NCBI GenBank assembly: GCA_051362555.1
Contig: CM120649.1
Span: forward strand, 806,001 to 870,000
DNA length: 64,000 nucleotides
Source of the DNA: Lingula anatina
Taxonomy: Eukaryota; Animalia; Brachiopoda
Reading direction: 5' to 3'
Positions within the stretch are counted from its first letter, which is position 1. Each line of letters opens with the position of its first letter. The notes beneath the pieces were generated by a model. That model saw nothing but the letters and a program-made list of their open reading frames with translations. It was not told the origin of the DNA and did no database searches. This document shows positions 63,261-64,000 of the stretch, piece after piece. The position numbers were made by a program, and so were the translations under genes.

Positions 63261-63593
63261 ATTAACTGCAAATAGAAGGAAATTGAAATATTGTGGACGA
63301 TTTTTTTGCAGTCTGGGTAATTACACAAAAAGGGATGTGGTTGCGGTAGCGTGTCTTAGCACGCATTTGAAGGACGGGCGCCACTGGTAGTTTCCAGGAG
63401 CATTCTGGCAGCCCGATGAGGACAGGGAGACGATTAGTTCCGCACCAACATCACACAAGTTACCCCACCCCCACCAGCAAAGTGTCTCGTCCCCCGGTTC
63501 TCGCTGGCGCGCGTGAAGGATACCCGGTTCCCATTTTACTTTCTTTCGGACCCCTTCCAGGTGGTAATACACGGGATTTTCATCAAGCGCCTT

Positions 63594-64000
63594 ATGATGG
63601 TCTCGAGGCGGAACAACGCAACCGAGGCCGAGCGCACGGTCAAGTACACCCCCTGTGGCCAAGGAGACCACACGGACAGCAGTGACCACGAGCTCGAGCA
63701 GATCGCCGTGGTCAGTAAAGACGGTAGAAAGGAAGAGACGATTGCTCTCAATGGGCCTCACACGCTCCCTGGGCCCACGTACCCTCGCAGTTCGCCCCAT
63801 GACAGGACTAAACTTATAGGGGAGCGTCTGAGCGGGAGTAAAGGCAGGTCCCTAGATGCCTCTCCCATATACTCTGGTAAGCACCCCATGACGCCCCCGG
63901 GAGTGGCTCAAAAGTCTCGTACTCCCTCCAAGCAAAGTCTAATAGACGTTGTAACCAGTAAATTTGACCGCATTAAGCGGAAGAGTACGAAGGATGAAGT
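63594..64000 (+). CDS. Probable N-terminal coding exon of an unidentified protein, truncated by the window end (MMVSRRNNATEAERTVKYTPCGQGDHTDSSDHELEQIAVVSKDGRKEE...SKFDRIKRKSTKDE)
   Basis: 135 uninterrupted codons run to the window edge, with GC content clearly higher than the surroundings and an in-frame stop upstream (~63434). Two good splice acceptors precede it: tttttttgcag ending 63311 and ttttactttctttcggaccccttccag ending 63560. No domain recognised; the sequence looks Ser/Pro/charge-rich and disordered. Confidence 0.65.
   Translation, partial: MMVSRRNNATEAERTVKYTPCGQGDHTDSSDHELEQIAVVSKDGRKEETIALNGPHTLPGPTYPRSSPHDRTKLIGERLSGSKGRSLDASPIYSGKHPMTPPGVAQKSRTPSKQSLIDVVTSKFDRIKRKSTKDE

Noticed and set aside
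63321-63800. 159-aa minus-strand ORF
   Set aside because: Most likely the antisense shadow of the GC-rich plus-strand exon, which has splice acceptors and a frame open to the window edge.

Overview
This is AT-rich, intron- and repeat-rich eukaryotic (metazoan) DNA, not prokaryotic. The repeat content suggests a marine invertebrate, which is an inference. Almost all ORFs in the supplied track are spurious. Two protein-coding signals are supportable. (1) A minus-strand, three-coding-exon Golgi carbohydrate sulfotransferase of the Sulfotransfer_2 / CHST8-14 (HNK-1ST) family, with coding exons at 16727-16622, 16126-16086 and 15380-14521. It carries a single-base frameshift in a C-run at 14659-14661, and repairing it restores the canonical C-terminus and a 335-aa protein. 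(2) A GC-rich plus-strand reading frame from ATG 63594 that stays open to the window edge (unknown product, missing from the ORF track). The rest is non-autonomous mobile DNA. It includes a ~3.5-kb Helentron-associated (HINE-like) element holding a 161-bp tandem array and a related ~337-bp higher-order array, with a second HINE nested inside. There are also several Tourist/PIF-Harbinger-like MITE families with 3-bp TSDs (nested, mosaic, with unusually variable termini), Tc1-like, hAT-like and long-TIR MITEs, decayed non-LTR fragments and many microsatellites. The palindrome TACATGTA is strongly over-represented. I found no CRISPR array, rRNA or tRNA, and nothing I can honestly call a new enzymatic system. 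The most unusual signals concern repeat architecture and evolution.
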